A stretch of DNA of 64,000 nucleotides from Gemmatimonadales bacterium. GTDB lineage: Bacteria > Gemmatimonadota > Gemmatimonadetes > Gemmatimonadales > Gemmatimonadaceae. The stretch's first letter is position 1, and each line of letters starts with the position of its first letter. The notes below the pieces were generated by a model. That model was not told the origin of the DNA and did no database searches. It saw only the letters and a list, made by a program, of their open reading frames with translations. Where the stretch lies: NCBI GenBank assembly GCA_038254845.1, contig JBBSFT010000002.1, positions 5,059 through 69,058 on the forward strand, written 5' to 3'. Below are positions 38,529 to 47,461 of the stretch, piece after piece. The translations under genes and the position numbers were made by a program.

Positions 38529-39212
38529 CTACGCTCCGCCGACGTGAATCGTTTCCCCCGTAATCATGCCGGCCTCGGGCGACAGCAGCATCGAGACGAT
38601 ATTCCACACATCTACCGGCTCTGCCTGCCGCTGAATGATCTGCTGGCTCACGACCGCGTCGATCTTTTCCTTTGGAACCTTCGCGATGAGCGCGGTTTCG
38701 ATCGGCCCCGGCGCAATCGTGTTGACGGTGACGGCATGCGCTGACATCTCGCGCGCAAAGGCGCGCGAGAAACCCTCGACGCCGGCCTTTGACGCAACGT
38801 ACACAGCCTCGCCCTTGAGCCCGAGCGGAACGCCGAGCGTCGAGAAGTTGATGATTCGTCCGCTGCCGCGCCGCATGAGAGCCGGCGCAATCTGCTGACA
38901 GCAATAGATCGTCCCGAGAAGATTGGTCTCGATGATCCGGCGGACGGTGTCAGGCGGCGTCGTCACCACGAGGTTCATCGACGCGATTCCGGCGGCGTTG
39001 ATCAGCGCATACACGCCGGCATCGCGGCGCAAGTCGCTCAGCGCGGACGCAACGGAGCTCGCGTCAGTGACGTCGGCGGCGCGAATCTCGAATGGCGCAT
39101 CGGCAACCGCCGCCCGGCCAAGCCCGACGACCTTGTATCCTCGTTCCTGTAATTGCTCGGCGCAGTACCGACCGAGTCCGCGAGACGCACCGGTGACGAC
39201 GACGGTGTCCAT
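38529..39212 (-). CDS. FabG-like SDR oxidoreductase (3-oxoacyl-ACP reductase-like)
   Basis: TGASRGLG, INAAG, YVASK, VNTIAPGPIET. Confidence 0.88.
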   Translation of the reverse strand: MDTVVVTGASRGLGRYCAEQLQERGYKVVGLGRAAVADAPFEIRAADVTDASSVASALSDLRRDAGVYALINAAGIASMNLVVTTPPDTVRRIIETNLLGTIYCCQQIAPALMRRGSGRIINFSTLGVPLGLKGEAVYVASKAGVEGFSRAFAREMSAHAVTVNTIAPGPIETALIAKVPKEKIDAVVSQQIIQRQAEPVDVWNIVSMLLSPEAGMITGETIHVGGA

Positions 39213-39505
39213 CAGGCTCCGGTTTGCTGAAGCGACTCGAGATGACGCGACAGGCTCTCAACGCTCCGAAGAACGCTGCGCGCTTCGGACATCGCGCTGT
39301 CACTTGTCCAGTCAAAGCTTGCGCCCAGTCGTTCCCGCGCAAAATCCTCGGACGCGAGGAGGAGCATGACGAGATCGGCCGAATCGATGACCCGGTGGGC
39401 ACCAACGAGGACCGTCGCCGGCGTGACGGCGTCGAGCGGGCGGCCCGTCAGCGCTGACACCTCGCCGCGAATGAATTGCTCGATCTCGTTGTACGTAACG
39501 TTCAT
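39212..39505 (-). CDS. Acyl carrier protein
   Basis: 97 aa, acidic; IDSADLVMLL phosphopantetheine-site motif; AMSE..S..RSV tail; TGATG-coupled to the FabG-like gene. Confidence 0.75.
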   Translation of the reverse strand: MNVTYNEIEQFIRGEVSALTGRPLDAVTPATVLVGAHRVIDSADLVMLLLASEDFARERLGASFDWTSDSAMSEARSVLRSVESLSRHLESLQQTGA

Positions 39506-39530
39506 CTGATGACAGTTGAGATTCGGTGTG

Positions 39531-41039
39531 CTACCGGGTGCAGACGAGCATGTTGCGCGTCTCCGGATGCGACGGGAGCACATCGACGGATGTGAAATAC
39601 GACTTCAGGGCAGTGATGAAGTTTTCCATGGTATACCACGAAAAAGCGGCCCGGTCTGAATTGTAGGCCGGGAAGAATTCAGGCTCACTCGTGATCATGC
39701 GGTCACCCATCTCGACAAACTCGACGCAGACCTGGTTCCGCGACAATGTGTCGAAAAGAGAGGCGATGCGCTCAAAGGTCAGTCCCTGACCGAGTGCGAG
39801 GTGGTGAACAATGGCAAGCGCGAGTGTCATGTCTGACCGAAGCCGCTTGAGCGGCGACGATATAACCGGCTCACCCTCTCCGATCGACGACATCGGCGGC
39901 TCCGATGCGAAGGCGAGTGCAAATCGCTCCGGCAGCGGCGCGGCGAGGTTCACGACAAGCGGGACAATCGAAAGCTGCTCTTTCTTCGCCGTCGAGAACA
40001 GCCGATCGATCGATGCCTCATCGAGATCGACCGCCACCACGTCGGCGCCGCGCTTCGCGGCGAGCATCGAAAACCAGCCCGCATTACTGCCCAGGTCGAG
40101 AACCGATGCCGGGGAGAATCTCATGAGCGCTGCGTTCACCGCGTGCTGCTTGTTGGTCCACTCCGGCTGCGGATCGCTGGAGAATGCTTCGCCCTTGTCT
40201 TCGTAATAGGTGCTGTACGCGCTACCTCTCACGGCCACATCGAGGGTCGCGATTCGATCCCGCACCGCCTTCAAGAAGCGCGCCTTGCGCGGGCCCTTTT
40301 CCATCAGCGCAAGGCGAAGGAGCCGGTCTCCAATCTCGTAGCGCGCGCGGCCGAGCGGATTGCGCGTGAACGCGTCTTCGCGCGAGATGGATTCGGTCGA
40401 GGTGTTCAGCGCGGTCGCGGCCAGACGCTTTCTCGCCGCGGCGTGACGGCCGCAATCCATCATCTCCATCGGCAGGCCAAAGAACGGCTCGAACATCGAG
40501 CTGTACATCGCGTATGTCGCGCGCGACTCGGCATCCCAGAAGCCGTCAAATCCCCGATCGGGGCGATTAGCCGACAGATGCGGTTGTGCCGCCAGCGTGC
40601 CGATCGGAATGATCGAGGTGAAATCGACGAACACAGGCCGTGGTCCGTCGAACAGGATGTTGTACGGATGCCAGTCCTTCAGCGTGAGGCCATGCCTGTT
40701 CAACCGCTCGAAAAGATCGACGTGAAAGAGTGCCGCCTCCTTCACCATCGATGCCGACCACTCGTGCGGATATGTCACGAACCGCACCCGCTCGTGCTCG
40801 AGCACCGTCTCGTATCCAAGCTCCGGATACGGATTCTGCAACAGCTCTCGCGTTCGGACGACACCGTGCGAAAACAGATCGGCAGCCTCGCAGATCGAGA
40901 GTACCTGCCGGACAGATTCCGCATTGCCGGCGTAAATCCCGCGGAGCACGCGGTCTCCGCTCAGGAATGGCTCTCCCTGCCGATCGAATCCGGCAAGGCG
41001 AACCGGCCGCGGCAGCGCATCCGTCATCGCGGGCGTCAA
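39531..41039 (-). CDS. NoeA-like protein: N-terminal kinase-like domain plus C-terminal class I methyltransferase
   Basis: YPHEWS, LKDWHPYNILF...FVDF (kinase-like catalytic loop and DF), LDLGSNAG, ALAIVHHL, VEFV. Confidence 0.75.
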   Translation of the reverse strand: MTPAMTDALPRPVRLAGFDRQGEPFLSGDRVLRGIYAGNAESVRQVLSICEAADLFSHGVVRTRELLQNPYPELGYETVLEHERVRFVTYPHEWSASMVKEAALFHVDLFERLNRHGLTLKDWHPYNILFDGPRPVFVDFTSIIPIGTLAAQPHLSANRPDRGFDGFWDAESRATYAMYSSMFEPFFGLPMEMMDCGRHAAARKRLAATALNTSTESISREDAFTRNPLGRARYEIGDRLLRLALMEKGPRKARFLKAVRDRIATLDVAVRGSAYSTYYEDKGEAFSSDPQPEWTNKQHAVNAALMRFSPASVLDLGSNAGWFSMLAAKRGADVVAVDLDEASIDRLFSTAKKEQLSIVPLVVNLAAPLPERFALAFASEPPMSSIGEGEPVISSPLKRLRSDMTLALAIVHHLALGQGLTFERIASLFDTLSRNQVCVEFVEMGDRMITSEPEFFPAYNSDRAAFSWYTMENFITALKSYFTSVDVLPSHPETRNMLVCTR

Positions 41040-42727
41040 GCCGCTGACACCTCGCGCTCCGACAGCGAGACGAGGTTTTCGTCCATCACGAAATCGTCGC
41101 CGGTAACGAGCTTCTCACAGATGAAATCGATGAACGGATCGTGACCGGGCAGCAACAAATCACGCTTGTCGTGCTGAAGTGACCACCACAACGAGTCTCC
41201 GTGATGCACGATCTCGAGGGGAATCTGCCGACGGACGAAATGCGAGTATGCGTACTGCCTGACTGCCTCACGCTGATCGGCGTCGAGCTTGCCCAGCGAG
41301 CCCGCACGCTTGAGAAGCTCGCGATAGGCGTCCGGCGTCAACCCCTCGTACGTGAATCCCTTGCCGCCATAATGAGCTTCTCCCGCCAGGATCACCGGCT
41401 TGCCCATGAGGCCGAGCTCGAGCCCGGCCGTTCCATAGACGGTGACTCCCCCATCGATGATCTCGAACAGATTCGCAGGGCTCACGTCCTCCTCGGCGGG
41501 AATGACGCGAATATGGTCGGGCAAGGTTGGAAATTCCCGCTCGAGGAGGCGCTGCACGCCGCTCGCCGGGTTATCCCACGCTTCGATCGGATGGACCTTG
41601 ATGAGCCAGTCCACCTCCGGAACATCGATGGCCCCCTTCACCGTTTCGATCATCCACTCGTCGAACGACGGATACGCCATCGGCGAGTAATCCGAGACGC
41701 TGTCCCAGTTGATATGCGCAAGCACAGCCCACAGCGGCCGGCCGGGACGGCGGTATTTCTCCCTCAGCTCCTCGATGTCGTCGCGGAAATCCTTGAGCCT
41801 TTTCATATCGAAGCTGATCTGCTTCTGGTAGCGATCCTCGAAGAATTTGTCGAGGCGCGCATTCTGACGCGGCGTGAGCTTTCGGGACCTCATCTCGGTC
41901 CACGCTTCGTCGCTCAGTAACTTGAAGTCGATGCGGTCGATGTCGGTCACATGGCGAAGGTAGAAATGCCATGAGAGATACGACGCCTTCCAGCCTGTTA
42001 CAGGAATCTTTCGCTCGAGCGCCGCGTGCATGGCCGGGCCCCAGTCGACGTACACACCGTGGGACATGAACACGCGCCACGGCTTTATCGTGTCCATCAC
42101 CTTCGTTGCGGCGGACGCACTGACGAGCGCGCTGTAGGCGAGCTCGCGGATGATCGCTTCATTGCCCTCGAGCGCGGCGCCCTGGAGATACCGGATTATC
42201 GTCGAGCGCACATTCGAGCCGAGATCCAGACTGTCGTAATGGAGCGCCGGCAGCGTCTTCATCGTAATTCCCTCTGTCCGCTTCCACAGCTCGGCCTTCT
42301 CTTCTTCGGTGACGTAGTCGCCGTTATATGAGTACTCAACGCCGAGCGTGTCGAGAACATTCGTTGTCGCCTTCATGCAGCCCGCGCAGACACTCGGCCA
42401 ATCAGCCACCGCGACACCGTCATCAACTGTGCGAATGGAACAACCGCGGTACGGCGCGTTGCAGATGATCGCGTGAACCTTGTACCCGCGGAGTTTCATC
42501 GCCGCGGCGATGGCACCCTCAACGTGGAGTAGCAATGGCATGCCGCCCGGGACCCAGAACAGGAGGGTGCCGTTCGACGCATCTTCGGCGTTCGACTGCG
42601 AGTAGAGCCGCTCCATCCGGCGGCGCCGATGCTCATCGGTATGCTTGAAGAGCGCCTGAACCGGCCGCGGCGATTTCTGAATCGCGACATGCGCGGCGAT
42701 GCGCGCATATCTCTCAATTGAATTCAA
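41036..42727 (-). CDS. Capsule_synth (KpsS/KpsC-like) GT-B protein, candidate CMP-ulosonate transferase
   Basis: WLIKVHPIE and TVYGTAGLELGLMGKPVILAGEAHY motifs. Confidence 0.65.
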   Translation of the reverse strand: MNSIERYARIAAHVAIQKSPRPVQALFKHTDEHRRRRMERLYSQSNAEDASNGTLLFWVPGGMPLLLHVEGAIAAAMKLRGYKVHAIICNAPYRGCSIRTVDDGVAVADWPSVCAGCMKATTNVLDTLGVEYSYNGDYVTEEEKAELWKRTEGITMKTLPALHYDSLDLGSNVRSTIIRYLQGAALEGNEAIIRELAYSALVSASAATKVMDTIKPWRVFMSHGVYVDWGPAMHAALERKIPVTGWKASYLSWHFYLRHVTDIDRIDFKLLSDEAWTEMRSRKLTPRQNARLDKFFEDRYQKQISFDMKRLKDFRDDIEELREKYRRPGRPLWAVLAHINWDSVSDYSPMAYPSFDEWMIETVKGAIDVPEVDWLIKVHPIEAWDNPASGVQRLLEREFPTLPDHIRVIPAEEDVSPANLFEIIDGGVTVYGTAGLELGLMGKPVILAGEAHYGGKGFTYEGLTPDAYRELLKRAGSLGKLDADQREAVRQYAYSHFVRRQIPLEIVHHGDSLWWSLQHDKRDLLLPGHDPFIDFICEKLVTGDDFVMDENLVSLSEREVSAA

Positions 42728-42759
42728 GGGACGTTAGTGCGTAGTAAAGCGTTTTGGTT

Positions 42760-43662
42760 TCAGACCGGATCGCCACTGCCGCCGGCTCTGTTCGCGGCCT
42801 GATCGAAGTCTGCAACGGGTACCCAGGCGATCACCGATGCGGCAAGGAGCGGATTCGGCCCAAAGGCCGGCAACGTCTCCTCGAGCAGCCGAATTCTGCC
42901 TCGCGCCGCTTCCTCGTGGAGAAGTGTCACCAGGTTGCGATTGTAACCGTTCGCCTCAATATAACGTCGTCTGAGAAGTCCAAGAACACTCGCCAGATTG
43001 CAGTGCTCGAGTACCGGCTCGACATGCACGACCGCGCCCGGGCGAAGCGCCGCAATGCCTTCGATAAACGCCCTCCCCAGTGACTCGACATACTGGGTCG
43101 CATACGCAGTGTAAACGAGTGACCCTTCCGGAATTTCGAGCGCCGTCAGCGGACGTTTCGTGAAATCACAGCGCCCTGTCGCCACGCTGATGTTCTCGGC
43201 TTTCGCGATCAGTGATGCGAGCGCCGCGCCCGCCGCGGTGTAGTCCGCCGCGAACAGCCTCATCCCCGTAAAGTCCGCGCGTCGGGCAAGATCGAGGATC
43301 ACGGTGCCGTAACCGCACCCGAGCTCGAAAAGGGCAGTCGCTTGCAAATAGGGAGCAAGCGAGCGAGCGATGAAGTCGATATACGCCGAGTGCGATTCGC
43401 GCGGTGTCATCTCCACAAGCTCGTCGCCGACCGAAACGAGCGATGTGACCGCGTTTTCGCTCACCCAGCCGTTGACGGTCTCGAGATCTGCCGCGCCAGG
43501 ATGGTTGTGCGCCCGCTTGAGCAACCTGCCCCACTTCTCGACCCCAAATTCACGGTCGATCTCGGCCGGGGTCTTGATTCTGGTCTCCCATGGCGACGCG
43601 CCCATCAGGCGCGCGGGCCAAGGCGAATAGCGCGCTAGATCGTCAACGCTGAAGCGTCGCAC
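42760..43662 (-). CDS. Class I SAM methyltransferase
   Basis: FELGCGYG motif I, CDF, VHVEP. Confidence 0.75.
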   Translation of the reverse strand: MRRFSVDDLARYSPWPARLMGASPWETRIKTPAEIDREFGVEKWGRLLKRAHNHPGAADLETVNGWVSENAVTSLVSVGDELVEMTPRESHSAYIDFIARSLAPYLQATALFELGCGYGTVILDLARRADFTGMRLFAADYTAAGAALASLIAKAENISVATGRCDFTKRPLTALEIPEGSLVYTAYATQYVESLGRAFIEGIAALRPGAVVHVEPVLEHCNLASVLGLLRRRYIEANGYNRNLVTLLHEEAARGRIRLLEETLPAFGPNPLLAASVIAWVPVADFDQAANRAGGSGDPV

Positions 43663-43669
43663 TCAGTTC

Positions 43670-44944
43670 CTAGCTCAGAGAGTCGAGGTTATCCCACACC
43701 TTCCGGAAGGCGGCGACCACGTCCATGAGGTCCGACTGCCCGATACTCGCGTGACACACGTCGGTCACCATCAACTCGTGCTCGAACATTCGCTCAGTCA
43801 CGGGGCAGATACCGCGCTCGTAGCTCACCGAGCCCTTGTATCCCGGATACGTGAATGGAAAACCATCACGCCCGAATGCGATTCGTTTCTGATACAGCGG
43901 CTCGAGGTACAGCGGACGTGTGTAACCCTTCACCATCGGAATTCCTTCGGCGTTCAGTGCATCGGCAATTCTGTCACGACTGACTCCGATGATACTCTTC
44001 TGCACTTTCATGCCGTACCGATAGTACCCGTGAACCACGCCTCCCTTTACTCGTGGCGCAACGAGGCCATCAAGACTCGACAGATGCTGAGTGAGAAAGT
44101 TCGCTGCAGCAACGCGGGGCGGATGAAGCACCGGCAGCTTCTTGAGCTGCTCGACAGCGATCGCGGCTCCGATCTCGGTCATCCGGTAATTCTGCCCGAC
44201 CATGTTGACGAGATTGTCGACACCCATCTCGCGCACGACGACCTCGCCGTGATTGCGAATGAGCCGAAGCCGCTCGGCCAGTGATGCATCGTTAGTCACG
44301 GCGACGCCGCCCTCGCCGGTGTGAATCGTCTTGTGAACATTCAGGCTGAAGACGCCAATATCCGCGAGAGTGCCGGCCGGCCGGCCCTGATACGTGGCGC
44401 CATACGCCTGGGCCGCATCCTCGATCACGACGAGATTCCGTTCGCGCGCAATCTCCATGATGCCGTCCATGTCGGCCGGGTGGCCGAGGAGATCGACCAC
44501 GACAATCGCCTTGGTATAAGGGGAGAGGCAGCGCCCGACAGTTTCCGGCGTGATGCAGAACGTTTCTTCGTCGATGTCGGCGAACACGGGAATTGCGCCG
44601 TTGACGAGCGCCGCCGACGCGGACGCTGTCATCGTGTACGGGGAGACGATCACTTCGTCGCCCGGACCGGCACCCGACGCGCCAACCGCAGCGTACAACG
44701 CGGACGTCGCCGAATTCATGGAGACAGCGTATTTCACGCCAAAATATTTCTCCCAGTCGTGCTCGAGGCGCCTAACGCGCGGACCGCCCAGGAATCTCGG
44801 GGACGAAGTCCCGAGAAACCCCGAGAGCTCGCCGCGCTCGATGACGTCGATGGCGGCGTCCTTTTCCTCGCGCCCGATGCTGACATAAGGGGGAAACGGC
44901 GTCGTGCGAAGTGGCTCGCCACCATTGATGGCGAGACGCGTCAT
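43670..44944 (-). CDS. DegT/DnrJ/EryC1/StrS PLP aminotransferase
   Basis: NSATSAL, EDAAQA, FSLNVHKTIHTGEGG, NYRMTEI. Confidence 0.92.
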   Translation of the reverse strand: MTRLAINGGEPLRTTPFPPYVSIGREEKDAAIDVIERGELSGFLGTSSPRFLGGPRVRRLEHDWEKYFGVKYAVSMNSATSALYAAVGASGAGPGDEVIVSPYTMTASASAALVNGAIPVFADIDEETFCITPETVGRCLSPYTKAIVVVDLLGHPADMDGIMEIARERNLVVIEDAAQAYGATYQGRPAGTLADIGVFSLNVHKTIHTGEGGVAVTNDASLAERLRLIRNHGEVVVREMGVDNLVNMVGQNYRMTEIGAAIAVEQLKKLPVLHPPRVAAANFLTQHLSSLDGLVAPRVKGGVVHGYYRYGMKVQKSIIGVSRDRIADALNAEGIPMVKGYTRPLYLEPLYQKRIAFGRDGFPFTYPGYKGSVSYERGICPVTERMFEHELMVTDVCHASIGQSDLMDVVAAFRKVWDNLDSLS

Positions 44945-45969
44945 GCAGCAGCCCCGCTCGTGGTGCGAAGCGGCCCGCCGAGGTTCACTGTCTTTCCGGT
45001 AGCTGCCGACTCATGGGCGGCCAACGCAATCCTCAATGCCTCCACTCCATCTTCCCCTGAAGAAATCGGCTGCTCGCCGGTATCGAGGCAACGAACGACA
45101 TCCTCGACCGCATGCAGCATTACGTCCTTCCTGTCCCCGAAATCCATGGAGTCAGAAAGCAGCTCTACATATCCCGAATATCTGGTACTGTCACCTGCCC
45201 GCGTCAGCTCGACAGCGTACGAAGAATCTACAATGCGGACACGCCCGCTCGTCCCGAGAATGTCCATCTCGCAAATCGTGAATCGCGAGGCGTCGGCCGC
45301 CCGCATCGTCGCCAGCATTCCATTTGTCAGGAAAAGCGACACATCCAGCGTCGGATCGTCGCCCGGTTCCTTCAATATGTCGAGAGCACTGACGCTTCCA
45401 ACATCGCCGATCAGATAGCGAAGCAGGTCGAACCAGTGGGTGCCGTTATGCAGCGTTCCCTTTGTCAACCAGCCCGCAACGCCGCGCAGCTCGCCAATGC
45501 CGCTTGCGGCGAGAAACCCTTTGAGATTCTGCATGTTGCGCGCGTAGCGGCGCATGTGAACCACAAGCAGGACGATCCCCCGCTCCCGCGCTCTGGCAAC
45601 GACGCCCTCGGCCTCATCGAGAGAATGAGCCAGCGGCTTTTCACAAATAATCGCGCGCGGCGTGTCGGGCGCATCGAGGATCTCGTTAAGAACAGAAACG
45701 TGGCTCGACGTCGGGGTCGCGACGCTCACGATGTCGGGCCTCGTCGCCGCCAACAGCTGGGCCGCGCTCGCGAATGATCGCGAAATACCCCACCGCTCCG
45801 CACATCGCCTTGCCGCCGCTTCATCGCTGTCGGCAACTGCAACCAGCTCAGTCGCCCGACAAACCGAATATGCCTCGGCGTGAGTCATCACGTCTCCGGC
45901 GAGAAGCGGATCATCGGCCAGCGTGGTTCCAATCCGGCCGCAGCCGACGACTGCCGCGCGATAGGTCAC
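44941..45969 (-). CDS. Gfo/Idh/MocA NAD-dependent sugar oxidoreductase
   Basis: VVGCGRIG, ATPTSSH, CEKP, HNGTHWFD. Confidence 0.9.
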   Translation of the reverse strand: MTYRAAVVGCGRIGTTLADDPLLAGDVMTHAEAYSVCRATELVAVADSDEAAARRCAERWGISRSFASAAQLLAATRPDIVSVATPTSSHVSVLNEILDAPDTPRAIICEKPLAHSLDEAEGVVARARERGIVLLVVHMRRYARNMQNLKGFLAASGIGELRGVAGWLTKGTLHNGTHWFDLLRYLIGDVGSVSALDILKEPGDDPTLDVSLFLTNGMLATMRAADASRFTICEMDILGTSGRVRIVDSSYAVELTRAGDSTRYSGYVELLSDSMDFGDRKDVMLHAVEDVVRCLDTGEQPISSGEDGVEALRIALAAHESAATGKTVNLGGPLRTTSGAAA

Positions 45970-46727
45970 GCCGTCTTTGGTTGCCGGACAGCTTTCTGAA
46001 CGACCGCAGCATTCAGATCGCGGATATCGGGCCGGCGAGTGAGGAGATTGACAACATCGGCGAGGGTAAATGCCGGATCCGATGGGAACAGCTCGGCGTA
46101 GACAGCCCGCACCAGCTGCAAGTCGTGCTCGGTGTCGACGGTCAGGCGGAGCTCGACGACATCGGAAGGAAAATCGGTCATGACATTGCGAAGCCGATAC
46201 CGCTCGGGATGCTCCCAGAAGTGAAGCGAGACGTGCTCACGGTCTGCCGGATCGCTCGATCTCTCGGCGATATCGGCCAGCGCGGCAGCGGAAAAAACGC
46301 GCACATCGGTGCCGCGAGGCGTTGTATACGGAAGGATGTTGCTCACGAAATCGGCCCCGCCGAGCAGGTAGTCGGAGACAACCTTGTCGATGAGAGCGGG
46401 CTCGTGAAGCGGGCAGTCGCCAGTCACCTCGACAATAACATCCGCGTGATTCGCCTGCGCCGCGCCAACAACGCGCGCGAGGACATCGTCCTCGGACCCT
46501 CGAAAGCACAGCACACCCGTCTCGTAAGCGACTTCCTCGATGGCATCGTCGTCGGGACCATCAGGGCACGCAATGACGATTGCATCGAGCGTCCGGGCGC
46601 GGGTAACACGGTCGATCATGCGGGCGAGCATTGGTTTCCCCAGGATCGGCATCAGGACCTTCCCGGGCAGCCTCGACGACCGAAATCGCGCTTCGACAAT
46701 ACAGACGACGCGTGGCCGCCGCTTCAT
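45966..46727 (-). CDS. spsF: SpsF/PseF-like cytidylyltransferase, copy 2
   Basis: EARFRSSRLPGKVL, FRGSEDDVL, TGDCPL, REHV, RLTVDT. Confidence 0.85.
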   Translation of the reverse strand: MKRRPRVVCIVEARFRSSRLPGKVLMPILGKPMLARMIDRVTRARTLDAIVIACPDGPDDDAIEEVAYETGVLCFRGSEDDVLARVVGAAQANHADVIVEVTGDCPLHEPALIDKVVSDYLLGGADFVSNILPYTTPRGTDVRVFSAAALADIAERSSDPADREHVSLHFWEHPERYRLRNVMTDFPSDVVELRLTVDTEHDLQLVRAVYAELFPSDPAFTLADVVNLLTRRPDIRDLNAAVVQKAVRQPKTA

Positions 46728-47461
46728 CCCTGATCTACCTCTTTCTGCACGACATGCCGGTTCACGTCAGCGAGTGCCGGCTCCGCGTCAATCAGCTTGA
46801 CGACGTCGAGCCAGCCAAAGTCCGGTTTGCCGTCCATCCGCTCGTAGATGCTCCTCACGAACGCCAGATCTTCTGGCGTATCGACTGTCCATCGCCAGTC
46901 CGCGCGGTCGACGTCACTCGTAACGCTGAGCAGGGTGAACAACTCCGGAGTCTGGTACATATAGGCGGTGACGTGCGTGCGGTGGTACGGCTTTTTTGCC
47001 CAGCGGGCGGACCGTTCGAGCGCTTCGCGCGTGAAGACCTCCGTGTCGAGGCCACGCGGAAAGGATTGCGGAATCTTGTTGCTCGCGTAGTCAACGAGCG
47101 GACCTGCGGTCTCGAATCTTTCCACGATGTCATCGCTCACGCCGGGGTCGATGAGCGGGCAGTCGGCCGTGATGCGCACGCACTGGGCTGCGCTCAGGGC
47201 TTGGGCCGCGCCGCGGAATCTGTCGAGAACATCGGTCTCGCTGCCGCGGAAACACGCAACCCCAAGCCGGCGGCATTCCTCCTCGATGGAGTCGTCACTC
47301 TCGAGGCTGGAGGTCGCGACGACAATATCCTTGATTCTCTTCATCCGGGACGTTCGCTCGACCACGCGGCCGAGAATTGTCTTGCCGCAAAGGTCGAGCA
47401 GCACCTTTCCAGGAAGTCGCGTGGAGCCGATGCGCGCCTGAATAATGGCGACGGTCCTCAT
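46724..47461 (-). CDS. spsF: SpsF/PseF-like cytidylyltransferase, copy 1
   Basis: QARIGSTRLPGKVL, FRGSETDVL, TADCPL, RWTVDT; ATGA-coupled start. Confidence 0.85.
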   Translation of the reverse strand: MRTVAIIQARIGSTRLPGKVLLDLCGKTILGRVVERTSRMKRIKDIVVATSSLESDDSIEEECRRLGVACFRGSETDVLDRFRGAAQALSAAQCVRITADCPLIDPGVSDDIVERFETAGPLVDYASNKIPQSFPRGLDTEVFTREALERSARWAKKPYHRTHVTAYMYQTPELFTLLSVTSDVDRADWRWTVDTPEDLAFVRSIYERMDGKPDFGWLDVVKLIDAEPALADVNRHVVQKEVDQG

